Shown: positions 12,836 to 25,486 of the stretch, in pieces
Layout of the letters: every line of letters begins with the position of its first letter
Position numbering within the stretch: position 1 is the stretch's first letter
DNA from: Hemiscyllium ocellatum
Taxonomy: Eukaryota
Length of the DNA: 64,000 nt
Reading direction: 5' to 3'
NCBI RefSeq assembly: GCF_020745735.1
Contig: NC_083405.1
Location: 95,608,135 to 95,672,134 of the forward strand
Position numbers and translations under genes: made by a program
Notes under the pieces: model-generated
Told to the model about the DNA's origin: nothing
Databases searched by the model: none
The model's input: only the letters and a program-made list of their open reading frames with translations

Positions 12836-13458
12836 TTCATAGAATCCCTACAGTGTGGAAGCAGGCCATTCAGCTCATTGATTAGATTAGATCACTTAGT
12901 GTGGAAACAGGCCCTTCGACCCAATAAGTCCACACCCACCCACCGAAGTGCACCCACCCAGACCCATTCCCTTATGTTTACCCCTGCACCTAACACTATG
13001 GCCAATTCACCTAACCTGCACATTTTTGGACTGTGGGAGGAAACCGGAGCACCCGGAGGAAACCCACGCAGACACGGAGAATGTGCAAACTCCACACAGT
13101 CACCTGAGGCGGGAATTGAACCTGGGTCTCTGGCGCTGTGAGGCAGCAGTGCTAACCACTGTGCCACCCACACTGATCCTCCGAAGAGCATCCTACCCAG
13201 CACCCCTCTCTTCTCCCTGTAACCCTGCATTTCTCCTGGCTAATCAACCTAGCCTGCACACCTCTGGATACTATGTGCAATTTAGCATGGCCAATCAACC
13301 TGACCTGCACATCTTTGGACTGTGGAAGAAAACTGGAGCACCTGGAAGAAACAGAGACACACAGAATGTGCAAACTCCACACAGTTGCCCAAAGGTGGAA
13401 TTGAACCTGGGTTCCTGGCATTGTGAGGCAGCGGTGCTAACCACTGCATCGCCATGTG
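12836..13458 (-). mobile_element. Longer HE1-related SINE interrupted by the 12881-13168 SINE
   Basis: Its tail (12836-12880) continues at 13169 through the V-domain to the tRNA head at about 13455. Confidence 0.75.
12881..13168 (-). mobile_element. Full-length HE1 SINE
   Basis: Minus strand reads ggtggcacagtggttagcactgctgcctcacagcgccag...ggttcaattccc, then the V-domain and a (TCTAA)n tail. Confidence 0.92.
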
Positions 13459-15707
13459 AAACCCAGTCAAATGCTGCCTTGACATCAAGGTAAGTAACTC
13501 TTGTTTCACCTCTACAATTCACTGCAATTGATGCTACAGAAACTTCAAAAATTCCGAAGAAACAATTTTGAGGAGGAACTGGTAATGTTTAGTCGGTCAG
13601 GGTGCATCTGTAGTGATATTAACCTTTTGGGTGATGGTCTTTGTATTTCCAGAACAGCCTTTGTATTTTGGCTTTCAGTCTATATTTTAAAAAAAGCAAC
13701 AATTGAATTGATTCCTGCAAAGATGAGATTGTTCTGAGAGTTTCACGACACAGGGCCTATATATTCTTTTTGAGTTCAGAAGAATGAGGTGATCCCATTG
13801 AAGCAAACAAATATCTTCAAGGACTGTGCAGCATAGATGCTGGAAAGTTGTTTTCCCTGGTGTGGATGTGGAGTCTCTAGAACGGAGGCTGCAGTCTCCG
13901 AATAAAAGGTAGGCAATTTAGGTTGGAAATGAGAAGCATTACACTGTAACTATGAAGCATTACTGGGCTGTCCAGCAAAGAGTAAAACTGCATGAAAATT
14001 CAGGAGTGATAGGAATGAAGTTGGGTGCACGCGGAGGGAAACTAGTTGCATTGACTTCATCTCAAATTTCAATGGTAGAAGATGATTGGAGAAAATCAAA
14101 ATACAAAAGTAATTGTTTTACAAATGTGTTACATAATTTTACTTGTTATCGATTTGACAATTATGCAAATTTGCCACTTAATTGAAGAATAAGAAAATTG
14201 ATCAACCTGAGATTTGTTGTTGTTATAAACTATTTGTAAGGATGTTATGGCAGGTGAAACAACTTTCAAATACAGCAATAATTTCTTGCCATTAGCACTC
14301 TGGCTTTCAGTTTAAAATGATTTTGTTGCATTCAAAGTTAACATAGTCCTATACTCTTTATAAACTCCTTAGAAAAATCTTAAACTTTAAACTGGAGTCA
14401 AAAAGGAGAGAAATCATTACATTTGATTATATACTTCAACTGGAATTTTATGTTTAGTATGAATGAATCAATGATGTCTGCCATGTTTGGACTGCAAAAT
14501 CTGATAAGTCGTAAGATAGCAAGGTCAAATGCATTGTTTTCTGAGTATGAGTACTGTACTATTGTAAATATTTTTAGTGAAAACAAAGCAATAATGCATA
14601 TGAATGAATAGTAAAATACTTTTAGCTCATCACATGCTGTTGAATCAACTGTGTCTGGGTTTCATGTCTTTTTTTGTCCTTGGTTGTTGTGATCTTACAG
14701 GCTATGGCTGGTTAACTTTTTAGTAATTGCTTATGAATAATTCTGAAATGGTGATAACGCATGTAGTGAAATGTTGGCCAGTTGTTAAAATTAAGGACCT
14801 TATCCTTTTTTGCAACATACTGCTCTTTAATTACTTTAAATTGTACTGTGAAATCAATAACCAACTGACACTGTGATCAGTTCATTAATTCACCTTGCTG
14901 TCTGTTGTAATAAATGTTAACAATCCTTTGGCATATTTGCTAACCTAATTGAATGTCAACCCTTGACAAGCTTTTCATAATGTGCATTAGGATGCAAATG
15001 ATGACCACAATAATTCTTCATTAACTTTAACCTGTTTGAGTTGTGCAGTGCAATTAATGCTGAATTATAAATCTGAAAGTGGTTGCCTTTTAAGTCAAAG
15101 GTTTATCCTTTGATCAATACAGAACTATTCTTACAAGGGAATTTCAAGGAAAAATGAAGTTAAGGCTGATCACCATCATAAGGGAAATTATAGATAGGCA
15201 AGAAATGCACAGGTCCATGAGAGAATTTTAAACAAAACCATACAAATGTGGAGTGAAATAGCTGTTTTGAAAAATATGTGCTGTGTAGAGAATAATACTT
15301 GTTCAACATCTTTCATGTCCTTGGTGTACCCCAAACAATTATGACAACCAATGAATTACAATTTCTATTGTATTATTTTGAGAAGTGTCTGTACTTGCTG
15401 ATTTACATTGGGTCCTGATCTGACAACACATGGCTTTAAAAAACAATCATCTTGGTATTCTGTTCTATCTTTGGCATTGTCTTTCCATCTACAACCTGAT
15501 TCAATTCTACAAACATGCAACATCTTCACATTCCTCCAGTTGTGTGCTCTCACTCATTCCTGTATTCGCTCTGCCATTGGTGGTTGTCTTCATCTGCCTA
15601 AGTTCTGAAAACCATTGCCTAAGTGCCTCTATCTCTGGCTGCCCCATTAAACAAACTATTCCATTATTAAAACTAGCATTGACACTGTTCAGGAAAATCA
15701 TTTGGAG

Positions 15708-16050
15708 GAAGGTGATGGTGTAGCGGTATTGTCACCGTACTAGTAACCCCAAACCCAGACTAATGTTCTAAAGGTGTAGTTTCAAATTCTACCATGGCAG
15801 AGAGGTAAACATTGAACTCTAAAAATCTGGAATAAAAGTTGGCCAAATCATGATCATTTAACCATTATCATATAAATTCATCTGGTTATTAATGCCCTTT
15901 TAGGGAAGGAAATCTGCTGTACTTACCTGGTCTGATCTACATATGACTCAATCCACAAAAATGTGATTGCTTCTTAACTGCCCTCTGAAAAGGCCCAGAC
16001 AGCCACTCGATTCAAACTCAATAAGGAATTGCAATAAATGCTATCAGTAA
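15708..16050 (+). mobile_element. tRNA-derived SINE (third family)
   Basis: A box tggtgtagcggt, B-box-like gtttcaaattc, and core gggaaggaaatctgc..cttacctggtctg, also present at 40836-40920. Confidence 0.65.
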
Positions 16051-16099
16051 TGCTATAGAATAGCATGCACTCAGGCATTCATCTGGCATTTGCCAGTTG

Positions 16100-16900
16100 T
16101 TGAATTGAATTCTGAGGTCAGGTAAAGGTGACTGCCTTTGATATGAAGGCAGTGTTTGACCAGGCATGCTATCAAGGAACTGAGCAAAATTCTACTCTGG
16201 GAACATGTTTTATCATCGTACCATCTAGCAGATCATTCCTAGCGCACAGGCAAATGATTGGCCTTCAACCACTGAGGCTATCTCACCCGAGGATAGTGTC
16301 CCAGGCTGAATTATCTTAAGGCTCTTCATAAATGACTATCTCTCCAACATATTATCTTAACTGATTATGTTTGCTGATGTGGAGTATCAGTACCATTCCA
16401 TACCACTTGGGTGCTGAAACAAACAGTGCATTTGAATACTTTCCACAGGTTTTTATTAGTGAAGCTTCAACAATGCTCAATACCATCCAGGCCAAAGTAA
16501 TTTGCTTTGTGGCACTTCATCCTCCATCTTTAACATGTACTACCCCCAACACTGATGTACAGTGGCAGTAGTGTGTACCATCTGCAAGGTGCATTGTAGC
16601 AACTCACCAAGACTCTTTCAACAGCACTTCCAAAAATCACCTAGAAGGACAAGGGCAAGCAGTGTGTGAAAACACAAGCCCATGCAAATTCCACTTGAAC
16701 TGACAAAATCCTGCCTTGAATCTGTATTACTGTCCTTCAATATCTCTGGGTCAAAATCCTGGAATTCTATGTCTAATAGCCCTTTAGGTGCACTTACACC
16801 CCTTCGACTGCAATAATTTTTGAAGCCAACTTCCCACCACTTTGTGAGCAATTAGAAATGGACAATACATGCTGCCCTTACAAGTGATCCTGTCATTTCC
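16100..16900 (+). mobile_element. Old L2/CR1-group LINE 3' fragment
   Basis: FDMKAVFD motif, a degenerate FAD, and a 3' region homologous to the reverse complement of 11150-11760. Confidence 0.6.
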
Positions 16901-18470
16901 TTAAATGAAAATAGTTCCTAAAGACCTGCTCCTGACTAGACTACTGCCAACTGTTGCGTTATTGTTATCTTATGTGGCTGGGTGTCAGATTATGTTTGAT
17001 AATTGCTTCTATAAAGCTCTGTGGAGCAGTTTATAATGTTAAAGGTGCTATATAAATACAATCATCGTCAATATTGTCATAAAAGTTTTATTTAAAGATC
17101 AATTTCCGGTGGGACCAAAGGCTAAATTGAAGTAAGTTTTGCAATCAATCATTCCAAGTTAAATATAAAGTTACACAAATATAAAGTTATGCTTTCCAAA
17201 TTCCGAGTTTAACAATCATGTGAATTTAATCATTGTATTGATGAGAAATGGAATTGAACTATTAGATCTCGTCTTTTCTAATCTTAATTCAGTTAATTGT
17301 AGCTGGTAGCCACTGGAGAGATTTGCATTCAGATAGCATGTAATGACAGCCTTGCAAAAAAAATGTAGAGTCAGTCATGTTCCTGAGTATTCCAGATCTT
17401 TATTAAGACAGAACTCTGCTAACTAGGGCCAAGAATGATTTTGCAAGTACTTTTCTGAACACATTTAATGACCTTGTATTGGTGCTTTCGATTCTACTTG
17501 ACTAGAAATGCAACATGTTTCAATGTAGAGTAATACAAGATGTGAAATTTGCAATGAAGTCTTTGCTTGTGTGAGAATGGTATTTCATCATCTGCAGCCT
17601 GTGTCGGTGGTTGTTTTAACAATAGAATTGATGTGTACATCGTTTTAAATATGCTTGGAGAGAGATAGTCTGACAGTATTATATTTTAGATTGTGACAGC
17701 ATTCCATGACAAATTGGGAGATGTGGTTTGTTTTGAGCAAAGCAAATCTTGAAAATTGCACAATTTTAAGGGTTTTTTTAAAAGATATTTTTATTAGAAA
17801 TTTAATATTTTGACAGATTTACAAAAATAAACAGAACTTTCAAGCACAAACATTAATATAAAAATAGATCTTAAATATATAATCATCAAAATTCAAAGGA
17901 ATGATACTAAAGAAGAAAGAAAAACAATGAAACTCAGTTAACTACTAATCTAATCCACAATTATCCAGAGTGTATAGTTGAGTCACTTACATCCTTCAAA
18001 CAAGAGAAAATGTTTTCTAATACACTCATAACAGTATAATAAAAAGGAAACTATTTCCAAACAATAAGAACAAAAAAAAACATGTTTGAATGGAGATCCT
18101 CCCCCTTGTTCTCAGGGGGCCTTACTTCCTTTCTAAAGGTCCACCATATCCTCTCCCAAACAGTGTCCCACCCTTGACCCGGGCGCTCCTTAATAGGATT
18201 TAGATATAATACCGAGCTAGAGTTAACAGTGAGCGCCCCACCCCCACCCCTCCCCACCCATACCTGAGTATATCTGATAGCATCAATGCCACGTACAAAC
18301 ACACATAACTATAAAATTACAACTCCAACAAATTACAGTTAAGTATAATAACATAAAATAGCAAGGGAAGACAACCCTGCTCCCAGAAGTAAAAGTAAAG
18401 TAGAGTAAAGTATCCATTTCTCCCCACGGAGTGTGGAAGAGGCAAGCCAACATAAATTGTCTCTTACGAT

Positions 18471-19307
18471 TTATTTAAACGAGTCTAAAAGATCCTTAGC
18501 CTCTTCTGGTGATCTAAAATTATACTCGGATCCTTCGTGGTTAAAGCATAACGTCGCTGGGTAGCGTAAGGTGTATTGAATATTTAAGTCCCTTAAACAT
18601 TTCTTCACCTCATCAAACGCCTTCCTCCTTCGTGCCAAAGCCGGGGAGAAGTCCTGAAATAACATAATCTTGGATCCTTCATGAATCATAGCTTTAGGAT
18701 CCTTTCCAAGCTTTCTGGAGGCGTCCAGGAGTATCTGCCTCTCCCTATAACTCTGCAGCCGGAACAGGACCGGGCGTGGGCGCTGGTTTGGGCCAGATCC
18801 GCGTACTGCGACCCGGTAGGCCCACTCCACTCTTACCCGGTCAGTTTCAGCCCCCAGGTTTAAAAGCTGGGGCAGCCATCGCTCCAGAAATACTACTAAC
18901 TGTCCCTTCTCTTCTTGTTCAGGGAGGCCCAAAAGACGGATATTCTTTCTCCGATTTCTATTATCCAGGTCATCCATGTAGATTTCAAAGGCCCGGACTC
19001 TCTGCTCCAGAGCTCGCACCTGTTCTGCAGCTGTTTGTGCTGCAGCCTCGGAGGTCGTGGCCTTTAGCTCCGCCCCCTCCACTCGGCCCTGCAATTCCTC
19101 GAGAGCCTGGCTGTGCTTTTGTAGCTTTTCTTCGAATGCATTCCATCTCTGTCTGGATTCTACAATGAAATTGACGAGTGTCGTTTCCAGCCTGGCAATC
19201 ATCTCTTCAAGGCCTGTTTTTACATCAGCTGCAGCCGGAGGAGGAGAGGAGGGTGGGGGAGGGGTCTTTGTTTTCTGAGAGCTGCGGGATCCCTTTGGTT
19301 TACTCAT
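18471..19307 (-). CDS. L1-type ORF1p (coiled coil, RRM, CTD; Transposase_22-like), 278 aa, intact
   Basis: Heptad coiled coil, then LDNRNRRKNIRLLGLPE, PRPVLFRL, LFQDFSPALARRRKAF and YPATL. Confidence 0.92.
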   Translation of the reverse strand: MSKPKGSRSSQKTKTPPPPSSPPPAAADVKTGLEEMIARLETTLVNFIVESRQRWNAFEEKLQKHSQALEELQGRVEGAELKATTSEAAAQTAAEQVRALEQRVRAFEIYMDDLDNRNRRKNIRLLGLPEQEEKGQLVVFLERWLPQLLNLGAETDRVRVEWAYRVAVRGSGPNQRPRPVLFRLQSYRERQILLDASRKLGKDPKAMIHEGSKIMLFQDFSPALARRRKAFDEVKKCLRDLNIQYTLRYPATLCFNHEGSEYNFRSPEEAKDLLDSFK

Positions 19308-19463
19308 TATCCACTTAATATTAAACTGCTTAAATATAATAGTAAACAGCTAATTAAGGTTAGAAAATTTTTTTGGGTGGTTTGGTAAGTGTGGTGGGGG
19401 TGAGTAACTCACTTTACCCAGGTTTTGGGAAGAGCACTGTAAACTCAGACTTGCTGAGTCGCC

Positions 19464-19473
19464 GCCATCTTGG
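19464..19473 (-). promoter_or_regulatory. YY1-type motif in the element's 5' end (putative internal promoter)
   Basis: Minus strand CCAAGATGGC(GGC) lies a few nt from the element's 5' boundary, as in L1 promoters. Function is inferred. Confidence 0.6.
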
Positions 19474-19920
19474 ATCTCTCAATTTTAAGGGTTTAAGGTA
19501 CATTTTATCCTTGACAACCCAACTGTGAAATTTCTCAAAGATGGGTGGCATTCCATGTGGATGCTGTTATTTGGACATATGTAAACAAGTTGTCATATCA
19601 ACGGAGAATTTATCTTGCAGTTAGTATACACGAGGAGTGTAACTCATGTATCAATTACAGCCCATTTGGAACTCGATGCTCTACTTATGTGGCAAATGGT
19701 GATTGGATTCATTTGTAAGTCTAAGCTATTTGAACAATCAGCTCAGAACTTTGGAGTGTTGATCTAGTTTTACTCCAGTCAAACTCTCATTTATGATTCA
19801 GTTCAGAGTATAAATTGACAGCATTTGGAACGCAAACTAGCCCACATGTATTCTTTTTCCGCAACTTGCTCACCCATTCTGCTTTTCTTGTATGCTTTCA
19901 AGTGACTTATACACTTAATG

Positions 19921-20860
19921 GTGAGAGCGTGGTGCTGCAAAAGCACAGCAGGTCAGGCAACATCTGAGGCGCAGGAGAATTGACATTTCGGCATAAGCCC
20001 TTCCTCGGGAATGAGGCTTGTGGGCCAGGGGTTGTGTGTGTGGATGGTGGGGGAGGGTAGGTAGCTGAGAAGGTAATAGGTCGGAGAGGGGGGTGGACAG
20101 ATAGAAGGGAAAGGTAAACATCGCATCATCCTCCACCACTTCCACCACCTACAAACGGATCCCACTACCAGAGATATATTTCGCTCACACCACTCCCCTT
20201 ATCTCTGTCCAAGGCCCCAAAGGATCCTTCCACATCCAACAGAAATGTACCTGTACCTCTACCAATGTCATCTACTATTTCTGTTGCTCCCAATGTGGTC
20301 GTCTCAACATCGGGGAGATAGGATGCCTTCTTGCAGATTGTTTCAGAGAACATCTCTGAGGCACCTGCACCAAGTAACCCCATCACCCCGTTGTTGAACA
20401 CTTCAACTCTCCCTCCCACTCCATCAAGGACATGCAGGTCCTAGACCACTGCCACCACCAAACCGTTACCATCCAATGCCTGGATGAAGAAAGCCTCATG
20501 TTCTGCCTTGGGACCCAGCAGCCACACGGGATCAACGTGTATTTCAACAGCTTCCTCATTCCCTCCCACCCCCAACCCCAAGCCTGCAACTTGACAGCGC
20601 TCTCCTGACCTGTCCATCACCTTTTCCATTTATCTGCTCCACACCCCATCACCTTTTTTCCTCGCCTTCATCTACCTATTGCATTCTCAACTGCCTTTCC
20701 ACCTCCTCCCATTTATCTTTCAGCCTCCCCAGCCCACAAGCCTCATTCCTGATGAAAGCCTTATACCTAAAGTGTAGATTCTCCTCCTTGAGTGCTCCCT
20801 GACGTGCTGTGCTGTTCCAGCACCACTCTCTCGACTCTGCTCTGCAGTCCTCGTTTTCTC
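19921..20860 (+). mobile_element. 5'-truncated PLE: inverted pLTR, GIY-YIG endonuclease remnant, pLTR
   Basis: Translation TCTSTNVIY..CCSQCG...IGE.G..L...FREH...HPVVEHFNSPSH (GIY-YIG). TSD cttataca(c/a)ttaatg at 19906-19920 and 20861-20875. Confidence 0.88.
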
Positions 20861-21570
20861 CTTATACAATTAATGATCAGGTCCTGGGGAGTGTTGTTGA
20901 ACAAAGTGACCTTGGAGTGCATGTTCATAGTTCCTTAAATGTGAAGTTGCAGGGAGATAGGATAGTGAAGAAAGCGTTTGGTATGCTTGCCTTTTTTTGG
21001 TCAGGGCATTGAATATAGGAATTGGAAGGTCATGTTGCAGCTGTACAGGACATTGGTTAGGCCACTTTTGGAATATTGTGTGCAATTCTGGTATTTCTCC
21101 TATCGGAAAGATTTTGTGATACCTGAAAGGGTTTAGAAAGGATTTACTACGATGTTGCCTGGGTTGGAGCTATAGGGAGAGGCTGAGGCTGTTTTCCCTG
21201 GAGCATTGGAGGGTGAGGGGTGACTTTGGAGAGGTTTATAAAATCATGAGGGGCATAGGGTAAACAGACAAGTTTTTCATCTGGGGTGGGTGTGTCCAGA
21301 ACTAGATGGCATAGGTCTAATGTGAGAGGGGAAAGATTTAAAAGGGACTAAGGAGCACAGAGTGGTGTGCATATTGAATGAGTTGCCAGGTGAGATGATG
21401 GAGACTAGTATAATTACAACATTTAAAAGACATCTGGATGGGTATATAAATAGGAAGCGTTTAGAGGGATATGGGCCAAATGCTGGCAAATGGGAGTGGA
21501 TTAACTTAGGATATGGGTTGGCATGGATGAGTTGGGCCAAAGGGTCTGTTTCTGTACCATATGTCTCTCT
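20861..21570 (+). mobile_element. CR1/HER1 3' fragment (host of the PLE above)
   Basis: Motifs DLGVHVH, KKAFGML, LEYCVQFW and NELP, plus the 3' UTR. Confidence 0.85.
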
Positions 21571-22399
21571 GCCACTGTCGAGCACTCAGAACAACAACAT
21601 TTTAATACAATAAATGCCATACTATTTGTAGGAGGATTAGCTTAATTAAGATTTGGCTCAGCAATTATGGAAATGCCAAAGGCACTCAAACATGAGAGGC
21701 TGAAACAAATGCATTTGCACAGCTGAAAAAGTAACTTGTATATTACAGGAAAAGAAAAGCTGCAAAAAAAGAGCAAAATCACTAGAGCCTGTCAAAATAC
21801 TGATTCCAAATGTTACATGTTCAATGACAACCAGTAACAAAATGGTCAGTTCATAGACCAGTTGAAAAATGTTATGAAGACAATTTGGCTCTAATTTCGA
21901 TCTTTTTAACTGAGCCAGCTAGCTGAAATATTAAACAATTTGATTTTTTTAAAAAAAGTTACTCTGTGAATGGTAGCTTTTTAATGTCAGTAGGAATTTG
22001 AATGCATTGACCTGGAAATTGCTGCAGTGGTGAAATTTGTGGCAAACAGCATGTTATTTTTCTTGATCCTTCAGTGCCAGATTCACACTGCAATCTGCAG
22101 GAACAAATAATTAGAATACACTTCAGTCAGCATAGCAGCAAATCTTGAAGTCGATCAATGGTTAGTTAAAAATTCATTTCAATTGTAGATTTTCAATGGA
22201 AACCTTGGCTTGTAAATGGGATAATTAAGCATGACATGGAATTACAATGTTAACCATGACTTAGGAAAAGAACACAATTAATCTCTCCTAATATTGTTGT
22301 TGTTCAAAATGGAGTTGGCAGAAAGCATTAGAAAAGTTGCAGTTTATTTCTGCTGATTGTGACTTGGGGAAAGTTTTTTTTTAATGAAATCCAACCATA

Positions 22400-23260
22400 A
22401 AACAGTTGCAGTGCAGAAAGAGGCTATTAAATGTGTTGTGTCTGTACTGGTTGAATAAACTTCCACCTGTTCTAATCCAATTTATCAGGATCTGCACCAT
22501 TGCCTTGCAGTTTACATTGTTTTAGGTGCAGATCCAGGTTCCTTTTAAATAAGCTCAGGGTTTCCTACTTAGCCATCAACTGAACAGCAAATTCCAGACT
22601 CTTCCCAACCTCCTGAAGGCTTATCTTCAACTCCCTTCTGTTTTAAATCTTTGCCCCACCATAGGTCACCTTTCCCATCCACTCTAAGCTCCTCCAGTAT
22701 TTTATCCACCTCAATTAAGTCACCCTAGGTCACCTCGGTTCTAAGGAAAATCACCGTGGTCTATCCACTCTCTCATTATAGCTGCAATTTTTAAACATTG
22801 TCAACATTCTTGTAAATCTCTTTTGCTCTAGAGAGGACCATGACATCCTTCCTGTAAGGTGACCAAAAGTATGAACACAATTCCAGCTGTGGCTTAACCA
22901 GTGTCTTATATCGTTCCAACATTACATCCCTGCTTTTGTGTTCAATAGTTCACCCAATAAAGTAAAGCATCTCACGCACCTCATTTTACCACCTTACCTA
23001 CCTGTCCTGCCACCTTCAGGGTGGGCATATTGACTGTCTCTCACTTCTTCTACCTCCCTCAAACCCTTTCCTTGATTGTGTGTTCCCTTGTTTTGTTTTT
23101 GGCCATCTCAAATAAACTTCTCCAGACTGAATTCTATTTGCCCCTTTTTCTGCCCAGTCCATCAACCATCAATATCATCTTGGAGTCAACAGCGATGCTC
23201 TTCATTCACAATTACCCAGTCATTTTTTGTCAAGCAAATTTCCAAACAATACCCCTTAAA
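22400..23260 (-). mobile_element. Old CR1-type LINE 3' remnant
   Basis: Antisense degenerate ORF2 C-terminus; boundaries approximate. Confidence 0.5.
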
Positions 23261-24863
23261 AAATGTCTCGCATTTAAATTAAGAAAGCCATAAAGCACAA
23301 GCATGTGGTATTCTTCGACTGCCTCTAGACAGATTAAAAGGCTCAGCCTTGGTAAACGTGGGATTCTGGGGATAAGGTGGGGACTGGGCCTGGATGGGAT
23401 GCTCCTTGACAGGTCAATGTAGACTGGAAAGGTCAAATGGTCTCTTTTTGCAGTATTTGGGAACTGAAAGGATGGTAATTAGTTGAACCAATCATGGTAT
23501 TTTCTTGTCATTTCTGGTTTCTCTGAGATTCAATGTCTCATTATATTTTCAAGAATAATTCTATTTTGAAAACCTTTAATTTCATAGATAAGCTTTTAAA
23601 AATATGCCATGGGCAGGTGTGACACCTAAAGGTACCTGCGCAAGTATTTCATTTTCCAAATAAATACCTCTAAGTCTCGCTGATGTGCTTGCTTGTGTCA
23701 GCCTGGGTTGATTCTTTCTGGCTTGAGGGATTTTGCACTGGCTTCCTGGAAGTAAGCTGCCATTGAAATCACATAAACCCCTCTGCTTGTTCTAAAAATT
23801 CTTATATTGCAGTTCCTTCACCTTTACTTAATCATCAGATTAACAGAGGGGCTGCACTGTGGCTCATGTAGCCATTCAGACTAATAATGAAAGGTTAATT
23901 ATTTTAAGATAACATTTAATGCTTTTCTGGCTTGGTTTATGGTGCTGCATTTAAAATTATATCTAGCAATAGGAAAAGCTGTTCTTTTATTTTTAGTCAG
24001 TGTCAAATGTTGTGATGAGTTCCCTAAATGCTATGCTATTAAGTAAGACTTATGAACCATTCATGTGAACCATGACAATCATTGCTGATTTGTATCTTTT
24101 GCAGTACACTAGGCCCTGAATACTGAGTTATCATTTTAAAATATTCTCACTTGCTGAATCAGTGTGTCTCAAATAATACGCATTATAGCAATCCTTGTTT
24201 GGTTGATTTTAAAAAGACCTGTTTTATCATAAACAGAAATTGCTGGAAAAATGCAGCAGCTGTGAAGAGAAATCAGTGTTAAAGTTTCAGGTCTGGTGAT
24301 CTTTCCTGTTTGTTTAGAAAACTGAATAAGAAATATTCCCCGTTCATTTTATGAAAATCCTGTTTGCTAACAGGTGGCCAGTTGGTGTGCTTGCATGTGA
24401 AGCAAATACTCAAATGATTTCTGGAATTGTGCAAAATTTGAGAAAACTAAATTTCTGATCTTGGGGTTTGGGAAAGCAGTTTTCGCCATGAGTGTTGTCT
24501 TTACAAATCCAATATTGGCTTCCTCTCTCATCAGTACACCTATAATAACTAAGACTAATTAATCAATTTGACAGGGGACTCCAATACTTGAATGAAACAG
24601 AATTATAGGTGTCAACTTTAATTACTGACATGACATTTGTAAACTAATCTGACTAGTAATCAGTTCTTACCAGTGAAATGGCCATGTGGCTTCTGAGTTC
24701 GTAGAATTGTCAAATACAAATTCAATTGAGAGTGTGAATCAAATGAAGATCCAACTGTAGTGGGTGCTCATTAGGATTGGTTTCTAGGGGCAGTAAAGCA
24801 ATTTAATTTTCAGTGATATTAGGCAGGCAGAGAAAATTGAACTGAATTCTTTTCTGCTGACAG

Positions 24864-25039
24864 CTCGAGAACCAGGAGACGCTCAGAGCAATGTTCAAGA
24901 AAGCAGAGTCTGAAATCAACAGCAGAGTTATTGAAGCAATGAAGAGAACAGAGGATCCACTACAGCGACAGCGTATAATGGTGGAAGAGGAGAGACAGAA
25001 GTACTTGATTGATGAGGAGAAAATAGTACAGCAACTATG
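24864..25039 (+). CDS. KIAA1217: KIAA1217 internal coding exon B
   Basis: Splice sites tgacAG|CTC and CTATG|gtatgt. Encodes LENQETLRAMFKKAESEINSRVIEAMKRTEDPLQRQRIMVEEERQKYLIDEEKIVQQL, the conserved SKT/SRCIN1 coiled coil. Phase 0 to 2. Confidence 0.93.
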
Positions 25040-25486
25040 GTATGTCAGCTTGTTGTCAGTCATTTATAATTGCATTGTGTTTTAGGATGTTCCCTCATTT
25101 TGTTTTAAACTTTGTTTTTAAATTATTTGCACCCTATCCTGTATTGTTTTGGAGATGTGGGAGTTGGTGTTTCTTGCTTCAAATTTGAGATTATACTTTT
25201 GATTTAAATTCATGAATGCCTAAATTTCATTTGAAGGAATATGTTATTGCTATAATGGAATTGAGATTGAAGTGACAAGTGACAGTGAATAACTACCTAA
25301 TCTTGTGGAGCTCGAACTAGGCAAAAGGGGAAAAGATGAGGTTCCGGTCCTGTTCAATATCTGGTCTGTGCCTCATTAGCTGATTCGATAATGGGATCGG
25401 AATATGGATGCCTTGACTGGTCTTATTGTCCTGAATTAAGTTGAAGAACATCTGGGCTCTGCTTCAATTTCAGATGGGAATAGAGA

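Larger units (their letters stand above)
11150..13530 (-). mobile_element. Old L2/CR1-group LINE (RT and 3' end), split by several nested insertions
   Basis: RT motif LDVKAAFD near 13470-13495 and an ILG..LNWT motif near 11900-11930. Same family as 16100-16900 and 53790-55080. Confidence 0.65.
17776..19479 (-). mobile_element. Complete ORF1-only L1-derived retroelement (half-L1/HAL1-like)
   Basis: Perfect 15-bp TSD caattttaagggttt (17761-17775 and 19480-19494), 5' CAAGATGGCGGC, intact ORF1, AATAAA and a short A tail. No ORF2. Confidence 0.85.

Noticed and set aside
18471-19307. Domesticated L1TD1-like host gene
   Set aside because: A perfect TSD, A tail and L1-like 5' end indicate a recent insertion rather than an old domesticated gene.
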